A stretch of DNA of 64,000 nt from Selaginella moellendorffii (taxonomy: Eukaryota > Plantae > Lycopodiophyta). The translations under genes and the position numbers were made by a program. Below, in pieces: positions 25,001 through 37,235 of this stretch; the first letter of the stretch is position 1; each line of letters starts with the position of its first letter. The notes beneath the pieces are model-generated. The model was not told the origin of the DNA, made no database searches, and saw only the letters and a list, made by a program, of their open reading frames with translations. Location: NCBI RefSeq assembly GCF_000143415.4, contig NW_003314300.1:387581-451580 (forward strand), in the 5' to 3' direction.

Positions 25001-25479
25001 CTGGGAGAGGTAGTGCACAGGATTTAGCTGTTCTTCCTAGTTTCAGGAGAGTCAGTCCCACGTCTGATCCAAAGCTCTCAAGGTTATCTCACAAAGAAAA
25101 AACTGACTTGCCAGTGTGCTTGCTCCAAAGATGTCCCGGCAAGCGACACTGAGCGACACGGCCACGTCCTCGGCCGTGTTGTTCTTGACGAGCATCTAGA
25201 TCGGGACGAGCTGGTTTGGAACGTCCTCCCCACCTCCACTCACCAAAAGGTTAGGGTTCTTCACAAGTAAATCTTGTCTTCCTTTTGCCTTTTTGTCTTT
25301 ATATCTCAACCTCCTCCACCCAAAAAGTTTAGCAGCAAGTTTGTGGGTTTGCAAGGTTTTCTCTAGATCTGATATTCAAGCTCCAGCCCAAAGTGTTATC
25401 CCACGCCCAAGTTTCAAATTAGCATAATCAGTACTTTGTTAGAGGCTACAACATTTTTGTTGTTCTCTGAACCTCTAGT

Positions 25480-25830
25480 TGTCCAAGGACAAAATGACTA
25501 CCTGTTTTGATGATATTGATTGGGTTCGCTCTGTGTGGTCGTGAACAAGCTCTCAATGATAGTGTTTGTGTTGGCCGGTAGGAGGATGTTAAGGATCTTC
25601 TTGTCACCATGGATGATCCTGTGGATTTTCAGAATGCTGTCAACAAGGCTGTGCATGTGGACAAATTGAGAGTGGTGTTAGGAGAGTTATCAACCACTAC
25701 CTACATCTAGTTTGCCTGTACCTGCACCTGCAACTAGACCTGTGCCTATGATGCCATTTCACAATCTAGTCCCCTCTTGCATGTGGAACATCAGCATCAA
25801 TGGTTTGTGCTTATATTGTGGATCCATGTC
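25480..25830 (+). mobile_element. Degenerate Ty3/gypsy Gag remnant
   Basis: EDVKDLLVTMDDPVDFQNAVNKAVHVD (25582 on), PVPM, and zinc-knuckle start INGLCLYCGS (~25796-25825), interrupted by stops and frameshifts. Confidence 0.65.
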
Positions 25831-26559
25831 TCTATCAAGACTATAGGCAAAGAACACAGGACTAGAATGAAAGACGAGAGAAAGCTAGCAAGAAAACACA
25901 AGAAGATCAGCCCAAGACTAGTGTTGATTCAATTCAAAGGTTTGTATAAGTCTGTTAAATTTTGCTATCACCACCAATAAAAATAGTATGTGCCATTTGA
26001 CTAACACAGCCTGCAGATAAGTAAGTCTAGAACCTGATCTCAAGTGATAGAGTGTGCTCAATAAAGATAGTTACCACTATAATTATTGATAGTGATGGCT
26101 GATCTATTTCTCAAATTTTAAAAGAACCACTATTTCTCAAATTAAATAAATATCACCAAACAATGATAAATGCATAAATCATTCTATTTTGGTATGCTTT
26201 TTATTGTTTGGAACTGCATCTTCAATAATATAATTTAAATAAAAAAGGATGCAAACAACTAAATTAGTATTTACATCATCTTAAATCATGTGAAACTTAT
26301 ATATAAGATAATATAAAAAGAACAACTTGATTTCTTTTAAGCAATATTGATGCATAGTAAGAAAAACTTAAAAGAAAGAATTAACTATAATGTTAATAAT
26401 AGTCTCTGAATGCATTACTAAATTGTAAAGTCCTTAGTTTTGATTTCCTGGGATGTCATCTGTCCCAGTACTACTAAAATATAAGGAAACTTAACTTCTA
26501 CTATTACAAAATATTTAATTAATTAAAAAAAGAGTATTTTTACCTTTATCTTTGAATAT

Positions 26560-27000
26560 TAATGGTTCTTATACATATGTGATTTTTTGCATAATGAATT
26601 ATTATAGGATAACCATATAGTGGAACTTAACCCTTGGACATGTATGCTATAAGCAATAGAGTGGGATTTGAATTTTAGGGCCTTAGGCCATTGAATGAAG
26701 GTACAAAGCTGAAATTTTAAATGTATAGGTAATGAGTGAAAGAACATGAGTACAGAGCAATATTAGAACAATCCTAGAGCATTTAACATTTTAATGTTAA
26801 AATTAACATGCACAACAAAGCTAAAAAAGTTTAATCTTATTTTAGCAATTTAATGAAAGGAAATATGGTATAGAGCTTAGGCTTAAACCCAAGCCAAATG
26901 CGGAAAAAAAATAAACATGATAAGGAGCTAAATAATATCTTAAGATGATCAATTATGTTCAACTTACTCACTATCTTTATTAAAACCCTTTATACACCCA
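26560..27000 (-). mobile_element. Fragment of the long LTR family also at 28.9-29.8 kb and 61-63.5 kb
   Basis: ATAGGATAACCA...TGGAACTTAA...GCCATTGAATGAAGG...GAGCTTAGGCTTA.ACCCAAG is collinear with 62470-62900. Confidence 0.7.
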
Positions 27001-28013
27001 ACCCAGCCTAATCAACCCACCTCACTTAAGAATTTATTCCTTATACTCATCTAACTAAGTGTTAAAGCACTTAAAAAAAAGAGAGTAATAACAAGAACCA
27101 ATAATATTGACTTGCTATCATGGCAATAAAAGAAAAATATTTGAAATAATTCACCAATAGATAATTTTTTATACCCATAATCATATTCATCTATCAATGG
27201 TAATATATACAATTATTGTTGGAGAATAATCCACCATCCCAAAGAATGATAAATCTTCTATTATTAACAATTATTAAGACTTTTAATAACAATAGCCCAA
27301 CCCCCAACCTAAACTTTTTTATACTTGCTTTTCTTTATAAGAGAATACAACCCAACCAATTACTACCAACAAGCATTGTGGTAAACAAGGATGCAAAGGG
27401 TTTTGGGATGTAGAAGGATCAAGCTTCAAGCTAGATTGTTTGTAACCCATCTTTAAGTGGTGCATAACTCATAATATAGTATATATTCTATGCTAGGTTG
27501 TGATTTAAACATTCTCTAAGCATTTATAGCAAATATATATTGAATGCAATGAACACAAAAGATTTTAGTAATTTTTTACTAAAACTCATATGAGTATATT
27601 TATTTAGTAAAAATAGTAAAACTTAGTAACAACTAAGTATAGTACCTTTTAGTGCTATAGATTTGGGAGTGTAAGTGTTTTTTGTAATGAACTTTCCTTC
27701 ATAAAAATGGCCTTCTATAATCTGAGGACAATGAATAATACCACCACAAAGCTATCCACACACAATCCAACAAACTAAATATTACTTACCATAACCAAAG
27801 AGTAATGGAGATCTTGATCAAGAGAAAGCTTAATAAACTTAAGTGAATGAAACCCAAATGCCAAGTAAACTTCAATAGTGAGAGGAGGAACACTTTAAAA
27901 AACCAAAACCCTAACTCACTTTCTAGTTAATTGCTTAAGAGCTAAGAAAGTTATGACCCAATTGCATAGCACTAGAGAAAATATAAGAGAAAATCATAAG
28001 TTCACACTCTCTA

Positions 28014-28600
28014 TGTAGTGCGTATGATCATGGGATACATACTATCACAATGAATCCTTAAAACCTTGGTTTAAAGGGAGAGATATAGAGTGTGGTATAT
28101 GTGGTATCAGAGCAAATGACACAAGTTCAATACCATTAATTAATGGCTATTTAAAATATAATATACCCTTGAGCAAGGTATATTTCTAAATCTAAAATTA
28201 AAGTCATACATATTAGGCATCTATGAGTATTCCTTCATCTTATGTGGAAATGGAAGTTGATTGGCTTAATAAGGGTTATTAATTAATAGTTAATAGTGAA
28301 TAAGGATATGAACATCTCTAAAGGGGGGTGAGTGTGTATTGCGCATCTATAAGTATTCCTTCATCTTGTAAAGCANNNNNNNNNNNNNNNNNNNNNNNNN
28401 NNNNNNNNNNNNNNNNNNNNNNNNNNNNNNNNNNNNNNNNNNNNNNNNNNNNNNNNNNNNNNNNNNNNNNNNNNNNNGGGGTTATTAGTCAATAGTCAAT
28501 AGTCAATAAAGACATTGACATCTTTGAAGGGGGGGTAAGTGTAAAGCATGTGATCATAGAATGAGAATTGGATATATTGTCACTATGGATCTACGCTATT
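28014..28600 (+). mobile_element. TRIM-like element(s), same family as 21168
   Basis: Internally deleted LTR 28014-28099, perfect PBS TGGTATCAGAGC 28102-28113, PPTs AAGGGGGGTGAG (~28321) and AAGGGGGGGTAAG (~28527), and an LTR start TGTAAAGCATGTGATCAT at 28540. The element spans the N gap. Confidence 0.7.
28376..28477. other. Assembly gap
   Basis: Run of 102 N. Confidence 1.
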
Positions 28601-28727
28601 ATTATATACAATCTAGTATGAAAAAGTAATTAAAATCCAGACCTAAGGGATAAATGTGAAGCCATATGAACCAAACATATACCCATTCAAATCATCATTT
28701 TCATCAAACCAAACTCTTAAGCATACA

Positions 28728-28889
28728 TATAGTGCACTCTATCTCTCTTCCTTTAAACCAATTAAAAAAGGGGTATTTGTTTGATAAAAGAGCTTTTAAT
28801 GGTTATTTTATTTCCATTTATCCCCCAAGATTTTAAGGATTCATAGTGACAATATATTTAAATCTCATTCTATGATCACATGTATTACA
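28728..28889 (-). mobile_element. Solo LTR of the TRIM-like family, inverted
   Basis: Reverse complement TGTAATACATGTGATCATAGAATGAGATTTAAATATATT...GAGAGATAGAGTGCACTATA aligns end to end with LTR 21168-21331. Confidence 0.75.
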
Positions 28890-29764
28890 ATACAACCAAG
28901 GTGTAAAGGAATTAGAGCACAAAATGACTCTAAGCATTCAACTCAAGGTGCGAAGGAGTATGAGCACGAACCAATGTTGGAATAGTTTTAGAGCTTTTAG
29001 CATCTCAATGCCATGACTAACACGCAAAAATGAGCCAAACCAAGTCTAGGGTTATTTTAATATATCGATAGCTTAACATAAGGATATAATGCTCCACCAA
29101 TTAGAGCTTAGGCCTAGACCCAAGCCAAATATAGAACAAAGACAAACACATAAATAGAAGCTAAACTATAGCTCTAATTATGCCTTATTTACCCACTATC
29201 CCTATTATGCCTCCCCCCCCTATTTTGGGCTTTCACTTTAGTCCCAGGAGTTAGTTTCTAGGACAATTACAAAAATTTACCAATATGGAATAATGTTAGA
29301 TTGCGAATCTAAGAGTGGGAATAACATTATTGTGTTTAGAATAATCTCTACATTCTGTAAATATGCCCAATTAGTAAACCTAGACATTTTTTATAAATAG
29401 CTAATGGGACTAAACAAAACTAACACATGGGGAAATGATAGTGAGAGTGTCTTGGTGGACATAATAAATTATCACCTAACAAGTATTAAGGGACCAATTA
29501 ATATTGTAGGGGTTCTTGTCAAATTAATATAAAATAAAACAAAAGAAAACTAACAAATTAGGCTAAATATACTTGGCTAAATAGACATTTAGCCTTATTC
29601 TCATTTGACCAAGTACAAATGAAGTTAAGTTTATTATCATTTAAACAAGAGGGATTAATAAATGGTCTAGTAATACCAACCTCCTATCGTCATAATAATA
29701 CAGAAAGAATATCTAAAAGGACTTGCCGACAGGTAACTTTTGATACCCAGTCATATTTATGACA
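28890..29764 (-). mobile_element. Degenerate long LTR (chromovirus-like family)
   Basis: Collinear with 62600-63511 (e.g. TTAGATTGCGAAT, ATAAATAG..A.TGGGACT, ATACCAACCT..., GTCATATT..T.ACA end). Confidence 0.7.
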
Positions 29765-31032
29765 CTCTATCACCTAAGAACTTTAAATATAAAATTTAGA
29801 AATTACAACCAAATACTTAGTAATACCTATATTATGATTATGCAAAGGAATCAAAGGAGGAATAAAAGAATCAATAAGAATATATATACATGCAGTCCAA
29901 GCTCTAGATATAGTTGTGGCATTTAGGTTGTGATATAGAGATCCAAAGAGAACTAGAAGAAATCAACATTATAAAGAGGAAGGCAATGATAGAAAAACCA
30001 TGCCCCTTTCTTAAAGCAATTAATAATGTTCTTAGAATATTTTTAGTTCTAATGAGAGATTACACTTAGTTTTTAGTGTGTTTTAGAGTGTTTTTGAGAG
30101 TATTGATTGTAGTTCACAATTGGCCACTAGCAACAGGGCATCTATGAGCAATCTTATGAAGTATAAATTGACATTACACCATCCTTCTATCCAAAAAATA
30201 AAAAAACTTCAAGAAGTCAAGTTTGGTGGAATATTTAGAGTTTTAGCTAAGCTATTGCATAGAACTTGAAAATCCTATGGACCATTAACCTATAAAATAT
30301 AGTTGTTGACAACTATGACAAAAATAAAACCTAAAGCTATAGCATAAACATCAATCAATTGCAACTTTATATACAATTGTTAAATGCTTAAACTAACTTT
30401 GAAATTGTAATTCTAAACCAAAACAAGGGATTTCAAGGGCAAACATAATTTACCAAATACCACTGCAGTGAATAATAAATTCCACTTTTATGTTTACCTT
30501 TCAATTAGTCTCACAAGAACTTATTTATATGTCTTCTTTCTGGTTAACCCTCTGAGACTTATATTACACAACCTTTATCATGTTTAGCATTGCATATAAA
30601 AAGTCAAAATCACTCCATTTGTCCCCTTTATACTTCTTATCCCCTTTGTGAAGGAAAAAAATGTTTTGAAATGCCAACTCCATTTGGACTCATTGTACTT
30701 GGTTATTTATATTCATCCTCACTCTTATTATATTTGTTTAAACTTGCTACACTCATCTTTACTTCACAATTTATATCATCAATCCTTGGTCCACTGAAAA
30801 AAAAGTTTGAAGTGTCTGGGCCAAAAAAGAGAATATTATGAAAAATTAAAGAAGAAATATTATGGAAGAAAAAATGACATTGGAATTTTTAGTAATTTTC
30901 AAGATAAAAATAGGAAAATAAAAAGAAGGAAATGTGAATTCCTTCGCACAGTTGTGAAATTGAGAATAAAGATTAAATCCTGCTCAATTACTTTTATTTC
31001 TACTTCTCAACTAAAATGTCTTTTTTTTATTG

Positions 31033-33633
31033 TTATTGTGCTGTGATGTCTCTGGCCTTTGCCGGCTCCATCAACTTTTGCGCATCCTCAACCCTGCCAA
31101 GCTTGATCAAGCTCTCGGAAAGGATCCTAAACGTCTCCGGGTTTGGCACCGCGCCGCTCTTCCTCGTCGCCTCAAACACCGCATAAGCCTGGTCGATGTT
31201 TCCCGTCTTGCAAAGCCCTCCAACGAAGCTCACGCAGCTCACGGGATCCAGCAAGAACTTCTTCTCCCTCATCTGCTTGTAAACCTCCAGAGCTTCGTCC
31301 AGCTTCGTCGCTCGAGACAGTCCCGCGATGAGGATGCGATACGTGCAAGAATCAGCCGCGAGACCTTTGGTTCCCATCTCCGCGACGAGCTCGTTCGCTC
31401 GGCCCAGCTTCCCCAGCTTGCAAAACCCATCGATGAGCGTGTTGAAAGTCACAATCGTTGGCTGCAAGCCTGCGCCGCCGGACATCTCCCTGTAGAGCTT
31501 TTCGGCCTCGTCCATGCTGCCCCTCTTGCAGTAGCCGGCGATGAGCGAGTTGTAGGCCACCGCGTCCGGGGGAATGCACGCTTGAGTCATCTTCTCGAAG
31601 AGCTCCCTGGCTTGGATCACCTTCTCGGCCCGGCAAAGCCCCGAGATGAGAGTCGTGTAAGTGTACTTGTTTGGCTTGCATCCGGCCTCGAGCATGCTGC
31701 CGAAGACTTCCAAGGCCTTCTCCAGTTCCCCCGTGCGGCACAGCCCGTGGATGAGCGTGCTGAAAGTGATCACGTTTGGGACGTAGCCAGCAGCTCGCAT
31801 CGCCTCGAAGAGCTTGCAGCCTTCTTCCACCCTTCTGGCTTTGCATACCGCGTCGAGCAGCGTGTTGTAAGTCACCACGTCCGGAGAACACGAGTGGCTC
31901 TTCATCTCGGCGAACAAGGTGTTGGCTTGCTCAAGCTGGCCGGAGGAGCACAGGCCGTGGAGCAAAACGTTGTAAACGGGGACGTTTGGTTGGCAGCCGT
32001 GCTTGGGCATCTGCTTGAAGCGTTCCGAGGCATCTTTCACCTTCCCCGCTTGGCAGAGGCCGAGTATGAGCTCGTAGAACATAAGTCTGTCCGGGTGGTG
32101 GCCGCCTCGAATCATCTCGTCGAACAGGCTGCTCGCGTGGTCGACTCTCCGCGCCTTGGCTAGCGCTCGAACGAGGCTCGAGTACGCCTGCATGGACGGC
32201 GTCTGTCCTCTCATCACCATCTCGGACAGGATCTTCAAGGACTCGTCAAGCTTGCCAATCTTCGCGAGGCCGTGGATGAGAATGTGGTACGAGACGTTGT
32301 CCGGCTTGTATCCGCTTTCCACCATATGTTGGTATACTTCTCTCGCCTTCTCCATGTTGTTGGACCTCGCAAAGCCTTGCATGACGCCGTTGAAGGCAAA
32401 CACATCGGGGTTACACCCGGCTGCCATCATCTCTTCCAAAACTTTGTAGCTCTCCTCGGGCTTTGCCTCCTTCACCAGGCTCTTGATGATGGAGCTGTAA
32501 GTAAAGACGTTGGCCGCGATGTTCTTGTCTCTCATCTCGGACAAAAGCTTCCTGGCACCTTCGGTGTTCCCCGAGCTGCAAAGCCCGGATATGAGAGTGT
32601 TGTAAGTCCATCTATCCGGCTCCACTCTCTTCTCGCGTTTCATACTCTGGAACAGATCGAGAGCCTTTCCAAACTCACCAGCGTTGCAGCGGCTGTTGAT
32701 GAGGACGTTGTAAGTTACGAGTGACGGTACGCAAGACTCGCTCTTCATCTTCTCGAAGACTTCCAGTGCCTGTGCCAGCATCCCCGCTTTAGCCAAGCTT
32801 TGCACGACGAAGTCATAAGCGTCACCACCTATAGCACACTTGGCCTTGCTCATTCTTTTCAAGATCTCGTAGACGCGAACTCCCTTTCCGGCTTTCCCAA
32901 ACGCTGCAACGACGGCCGACCAAGTCTTGGACTCCACGGCCACCTTTTGCGATCCCAGGCAGTCTAGCACGCTCTCGATCTCTGCGAGACGCTCCTCCGG
33001 CTTCGCTGCGAGGAGCTGGATCAAACTCTCCAGCGTCGTCGAGGATCGAGGAGCAAAGTTGGATGCTACCATCGTCTTGAACGCGTCGAAGGCCTTGTCC
33101 GTGGAGTTCGTCGCGACGAGAATCTCGAGAAGAACGTTGTGGACATCCTTCTCAGCCATGAAACCATTCTCTGCCGCGATCATGGCCTCGCAAGCCGGTA
33201 TCAAAAGCTTGGATCGACCATCTCTCACCAAGCTGTGAAGAACGAGCTTGAAAGTTTCCTCGTCCACGTCCAAGAAGCCCGGGCCGCGCTGCTGGATCTG
33301 CTGGACGAGCTGGTTCACGACTCTCTTCTGGGCATCGAGGGAGACGCTGGAATGAGAGTAACCGCGCTGGCCTTCCACCCAGCTCAAGAACTTGAGCGCT
33401 ACTCGGCGATCTTTGATGGATTTCACGACCTCCACGGCATGCTGGGGCTCTACAAGGCCAGCATTTAGACCCTCGAGCCTCTTCGCCGTGTCGGGCGTCC
33501 ATCCCCCACTGAGAACGCGGCCGATCGTCTCAACCACGTCGATCTTCTTGGAAATCTTGGCCCTTGTGCTCGCCAATCGCGACTGGAAATTCCTGGAGCT
33601 GCTACTTACCTGATTGTAGCACGAGCGTAACAT
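31033..33633 (-). CDS. P-class pentatricopeptide repeat protein (866 aa)
   Basis: Intronless, with about 17 canonical 35-aa repeats (PDVVTYNTLI.GLC..G..E.A..LF.EM) and an organelle-transit-like N-terminus. Confidence 0.95.
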   Translation of the reverse strand: MLRSCYNQVSSSSRNFQSRLASTRAKISKKIDVVETIGRVLSGGWTPDTAKRLEGLNAGLVEPQHAVEVVKSIKDRRVALKFLSWVEGQRGYSHSSVSLDAQKRVVNQLVQQIQQRGPGFLDVDEETFKLVLHSLVRDGRSKLLIPACEAMIAAENGFMAEKDVHNVLLEILVATNSTDKAFDAFKTMVASNFAPRSSTTLESLIQLLAAKPEERLAEIESVLDCLGSQKVAVESKTWSAVVAAFGKAGKGVRVYEILKRMSKAKCAIGGDAYDFVVQSLAKAGMLAQALEVFEKMKSESCVPSLVTYNVLINSRCNAGEFGKALDLFQSMKREKRVEPDRWTYNTLISGLCSSGNTEGARKLLSEMRDKNIAANVFTYSSIIKSLVKEAKPEESYKVLEEMMAAGCNPDVFAFNGVMQGFARSNNMEKAREVYQHMVESGYKPDNVSYHILIHGLAKIGKLDESLKILSEMVMRGQTPSMQAYSSLVRALAKARRVDHASSLFDEMIRGGHHPDRLMFYELILGLCQAGKVKDASERFKQMPKHGCQPNVPVYNVLLHGLCSSGQLEQANTLFAEMKSHSCSPDVVTYNTLLDAVCKARRVEEGCKLFEAMRAAGYVPNVITFSTLIHGLCRTGELEKALEVFGSMLEAGCKPNKYTYTTLISGLCRAEKVIQARELFEKMTQACIPPDAVAYNSLIAGYCKRGSMDEAEKLYREMSGGAGLQPTIVTFNTLIDGFCKLGKLGRANELVAEMGTKGLAADSCTYRILIAGLSRATKLDEALEVYKQMREKKFLLDPVSCVSFVGGLCKTGNIDQAYAVFEATRKSGAVPNPETFRILSESLIKLGRVEDAQKLMEPAKARDITAQ

Positions 33634-33730
33634 CGCTCGCCATCGTCATCGCGGCCTCATCTCTCTACCCTAGCAAAATTCGTAGGGTTCTTCGCGACCA
33701 TGAGCTGGGCACTTCTTCAAGAAATCTGTG

Positions 33731-35899
33731 ATGCCTGTCCAAATTCCATCCAAGAGAGCGCCTTCACACGATGATCTAGCTCGTCTTCTCCAATCGTGCA
33801 CGGATCTTGAGCGCGCGAAGCGTATCCACAGCCGGATTCACGACTCGACCGCGCACGGGAGTGGCATCATTCTCGCAAATCTCTGCGTTGCGATGTACGC
33901 GCGATGTGGCAGCATTGCCGATGCTAGAGCTACATTCGATTCTATCAAGAACCCTAATGTTTTCTCCTGGAACATCATCCTTGCAGCATATACCCGGGCA
34001 GGGCATCTGGATCAAGCCCAGCGTTTGTTCCATGCCATGCCCTTTTGGCAGCGTGACGTGGTAACATGGACGACCATGATTGCTGCGTACGCTCAGAACC
34101 AACGGCTCGATGAGGCCCAAGCTCTCTTTCTCTCCACTCCCGAGCACAATGCTGTCTCCTGGAATGCTATGATCCAAGCATATGCTGCTTGCGGATATCT
34201 TTCCAAAGCAAAAGCTTGCTTTAATACCATGCCGGCTACCGATATTGTTTCCTGGAATATACTTTTATCTGCTTACGCCGAAAGCATGTTACTCGAGGAC
34301 GTAACTTTACTTTTTAACTCAATGCCTCAATGGGATCTTGTGTCCTGGAATACGTTCCTTGCAGCAAATGCCCATTCTGGGCATCTGTATTATGCAAAGC
34401 GCATATTCGATGAGATGCCCGAGCATGGCTCTTGCTCGCGCAGCGTCATGATCTACGCCTACGTTCACGCTGGATCCGTAGAGGACGCCACGAAAAACGT
34501 ACCTCTCGGGGAAGACGATGTGGCATCTGGCAACGCGATTATCAGTGGGTGGTCACAGGCGGGAGATGTCCAACGAGCAAAGCTGGCGTTCGATTCCATG
34601 GGCCGCCGGGACCTAGTGACGTGGAATGCCCTCCTCGCCACGTACGCACACAATGGGATGTTAGTAGCAGCGGCTGCTACGCTGGACAAGATGCCCGAGA
34701 GTGACGCGGTGACGTGGATCACCATGATCTCTGCCTACTCACACCACGGCCACGTAGAGGAAGCCGAGAGGGTGTTTGCATCAGCGCCTGGCGGTAACAT
34801 GATGACGTGGAATGCCATGCTGTCGGCGTATGCCCACAACGGGCGTGCCGCGTCAGCGGAGTCCTTGTTCCGTACGATGCCACGTCGGGACAGGGTGTCG
34901 TGCAATACAATGATCGCTACGTTTTCACAGGCGGGAAAGCTGGGAAAATCCGAGGAGGTGTTCTTTGAGCTCTTATCGGATGAGGAGAAAGGAATAACTT
35001 CTTGGAACGCGATGATCGAGGCGTATGCCCGAAATGGTCATCTTGGAGACGCTCGAAAGCTCTTGGAGCTCATGCCCGAGTGGAACGCGGTAACCTGGAC
35101 GACAATGCTTGGGGTTTTTGCCGATGCTGGCCTTGTAGAAGACGCAAAGTCCTTGTTTGATCTAGCACCAGAGAAGGATTGCGTGTGCTGCAATGCTATG
35201 ATCCAAGCGTTTGTAGTAACTGGGCTCTTGGAAGAAGCGGAAGCAATGGTTTCGAGTCTTCCTTATGCCACTATATATGTTTGGTCAACGATGGTGGGAG
35301 CTTATGCAAACAGTGTAAAACTCCAGGAGGCCGAGGCTATGTTCTTTGCTATGCCAGAACGGAATGTTACGTGCTGGAACGTTTTGATAACAGCATATGC
35401 CACAAATGGGCAATTAGAAACATCGAGAAAAGTCTTTGATCGCATGCCAGAGAGAGACGTAGTTTCATGGTCGACGTTAGTCTCCTCATTTGCTCACGGA
35501 GGCCATCACTGCGAAGATTCCATGGGTATCTTCCGGGACATGGAATTGGAGGGCGATTGCGCTCCAGATGCCATATTCTTCTTGAGCATATTGAATGCTT
35601 TTAGGCAGCAGGGATTAGTGGATCAAGCATCACATTTTTTCACGTTGATGAGTGTCGAGCATGGGATTTTGCCATGGCAAGAACACTACAATGCGATGGT
35701 GGACACTTTGGGACGAGCAGGGAGAATAGCAGCAGCAGAAGAGCTCATAAACAACATGCCATTTGAGTCCCAAGTGGCTGTGTGGGGATCGCTCCTCACA
35801 TCTTGCAAGCGTTTTAGTGACAGATCCAAGAGGGCATCTTTGGCTTCCAAGAATATACTTGAAATGGATCCCACAAATTGTGCCCCGTACCTTTTATAG
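33731..35899 (+). CDS. PLS-class PPR protein with long run of 31-aa SS motifs and E domain
   Basis: Repeated D.VSWN.M..AYA..G....A...F..MP units and C-terminal EHYNAMVDTLGRAG...MPF...WGSLLTSC. No DYW domain. Confidence 0.92.
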   Translation: MPVQIPSKRAPSHDDLARLLQSCTDLERAKRIHSRIHDSTAHGSGIILANLCVAMYARCGSIADARATFDSIKNPNVFSWNIILAAYTRAGHLDQAQRLFHAMPFWQRDVVTWTTMIAAYAQNQRLDEAQALFLSTPEHNAVSWNAMIQAYAACGYLSKAKACFNTMPATDIVSWNILLSAYAESMLLEDVTLLFNSMPQWDLVSWNTFLAANAHSGHLYYAKRIFDEMPEHGSCSRSVMIYAYVHAGSVEDATKNVPLGEDDVASGNAIISGWSQAGDVQRAKLAFDSMGRRDLVTWNALLATYAHNGMLVAAAATLDKMPESDAVTWITMISAYSHHGHVEEAERVFASAPGGNMMTWNAMLSAYAHNGRAASAESLFRTMPRRDRVSCNTMIATFSQAGKLGKSEEVFFELLSDEEKGITSWNAMIEAYARNGHLGDARKLLELMPEWNAVTWTTMLGVFADAGLVEDAKSLFDLAPEKDCVCCNAMIQAFVVTGLLEEAEAMVSSLPYATIYVWSTMVGAYANSVKLQEAEAMFFAMPERNVTCWNVLITAYATNGQLETSRKVFDRMPERDVVSWSTLVSSFAHGGHHCEDSMGIFRDMELEGDCAPDAIFFLSILNAFRQQGLVDQASHFFTLMSVEHGILPWQEHYNAMVDTLGRAGRIAAAEELINNMPFESQVAVWGSLLTSCKRFSDRSKRASLASKNILEMDPTNCAPYLL

Positions 35900-36231
35900 C
35901 ATTTGAGTATAATTAAGATGTTTTCCTTATTCCTAAGGGTACATTTTTAACTTAAATTTAGGTCAAGTAAAAATTGTTTTAAATTTTTGTCCCTAAAAAG
36001 ATATGTCTTAAAAGAAAAAGTTATCACCTTAACTTAAGTATTTTTTAATATGCTACACAATATGAACAAAGGATTTAAGTTTGAGTGAATCATTTTTAAA
36101 ACACCTTGTATATTGCTAATATTTTTAAATTTTGTCCTTAAGCCATAATAATGAATTATAAAGTTGTTAGGCTATAGTGATAAGTTAAAATTTTATTAAT
36201 ATTAATTGAGGATTACTTGAATTATAAAATC

Positions 36232-36232
<1 letters not shown>

Positions 36233-36258
<26 letters not shown>
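36233..36258. repeat. (TA)13 microsatellite
   Basis: Direct reading. Confidence 0.9.
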
Positions 36259-36263
<5 letters not shown>

Positions 36264-36729
36264 ATGGTAAATAAATATGTTTTAACAGAAAAAAAGATTA
36301 TATTCTCTAGTATCCCTACCACCTGACTACTTGAATAGTTAAATTAATTTTTAGTAAATTACCTTTAATATTTTTTTAAGCTTTAAATAAATACATTATG
36401 TATTTATATTGTTTTTGTAATTCATATATGAATCTATTGTATATTTTAGTTACAAAACTACATATAAGTGATCTCTCAATGGACAGTTTGCCATGTTCAA
36501 TTCACGCATTACAATTGAATCTTCTTCGGCTTAATCATCATATTTTTCAATTGTGAAAAGAAAGCAGAACTTTTTATTTTCTTTTCACACTATTTTTTGA
36601 ACTTTAACTGTTGAAAAATTAATTTCAAACTCGTTTTTTCCTACTATTGAATATTTTATGTTTAATTTATTATCTAGAAGAGACTAAAATATTTGGAGGA
36701 TTTGTCAATAAACTCTCTTGATTGGATTA

Positions 36730-37235
36730 CTTCAAAACTAAATTGAAGGTTAAAGTAGTTTAAATAGTAAAAATTTATTAAAAATTTTGTGGTAAATACT
36801 TTTTAAAAAGTTTAATAATAATTTGGAATCAAATGGTGAAAATTTTAAAAGGATGGATAGAATATTATTACTGCTAACAAGTATATTATTAAGTACATGT
36901 AAAAACTCAAAAATTAATTTTATATCTATAAAGTAAAATTCATTATGAATCCACAATTCTTTAAAAAATTGATTGAGTTTCAAGATGTTTATGAGGCTTA
37001 TAAACATCTTAAAACTCAATAATTATTTTTTAAATTTGCATATATACAATTTTAAATCATGGAAAAAATATGTATTAATCATTATGCTTTATATATCTTA
37101 GCATAACAATAGCATAACAAAATAATATTTATGAAAATTAAGAATGCATAATACACATATTATTTCTTCTAAAATGCTTTTAAAATATATTAAATTGAAA
37201 AAAAAACATTTTATCCTTGTGCTTTAGAGGAGCTC
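36730..37235 (+). repeat. AT-rich dispersed repeat, copy 1 (copy 2 at ~40688-41040)
   Basis: Shared blocks TAGTAAAAATTTATTAAAA.TT.TGTGGTAA, AAATTTTAAAAG.ATGGAT.GAAT, TTATAAACATCTTAAAACTCAATAA, TATATCTTAGCATA and TTGTGCTTTAGAGGAG. Confidence 0.75.

Noticed and set aside
31030-32163. 377-aa plus-strand ORF and similar long antisense ORFs (46101-47264, 51541-52455)
   Set aside because: Shadows of GC-rich coding sequence on the opposite strand, with no motifs of their own.
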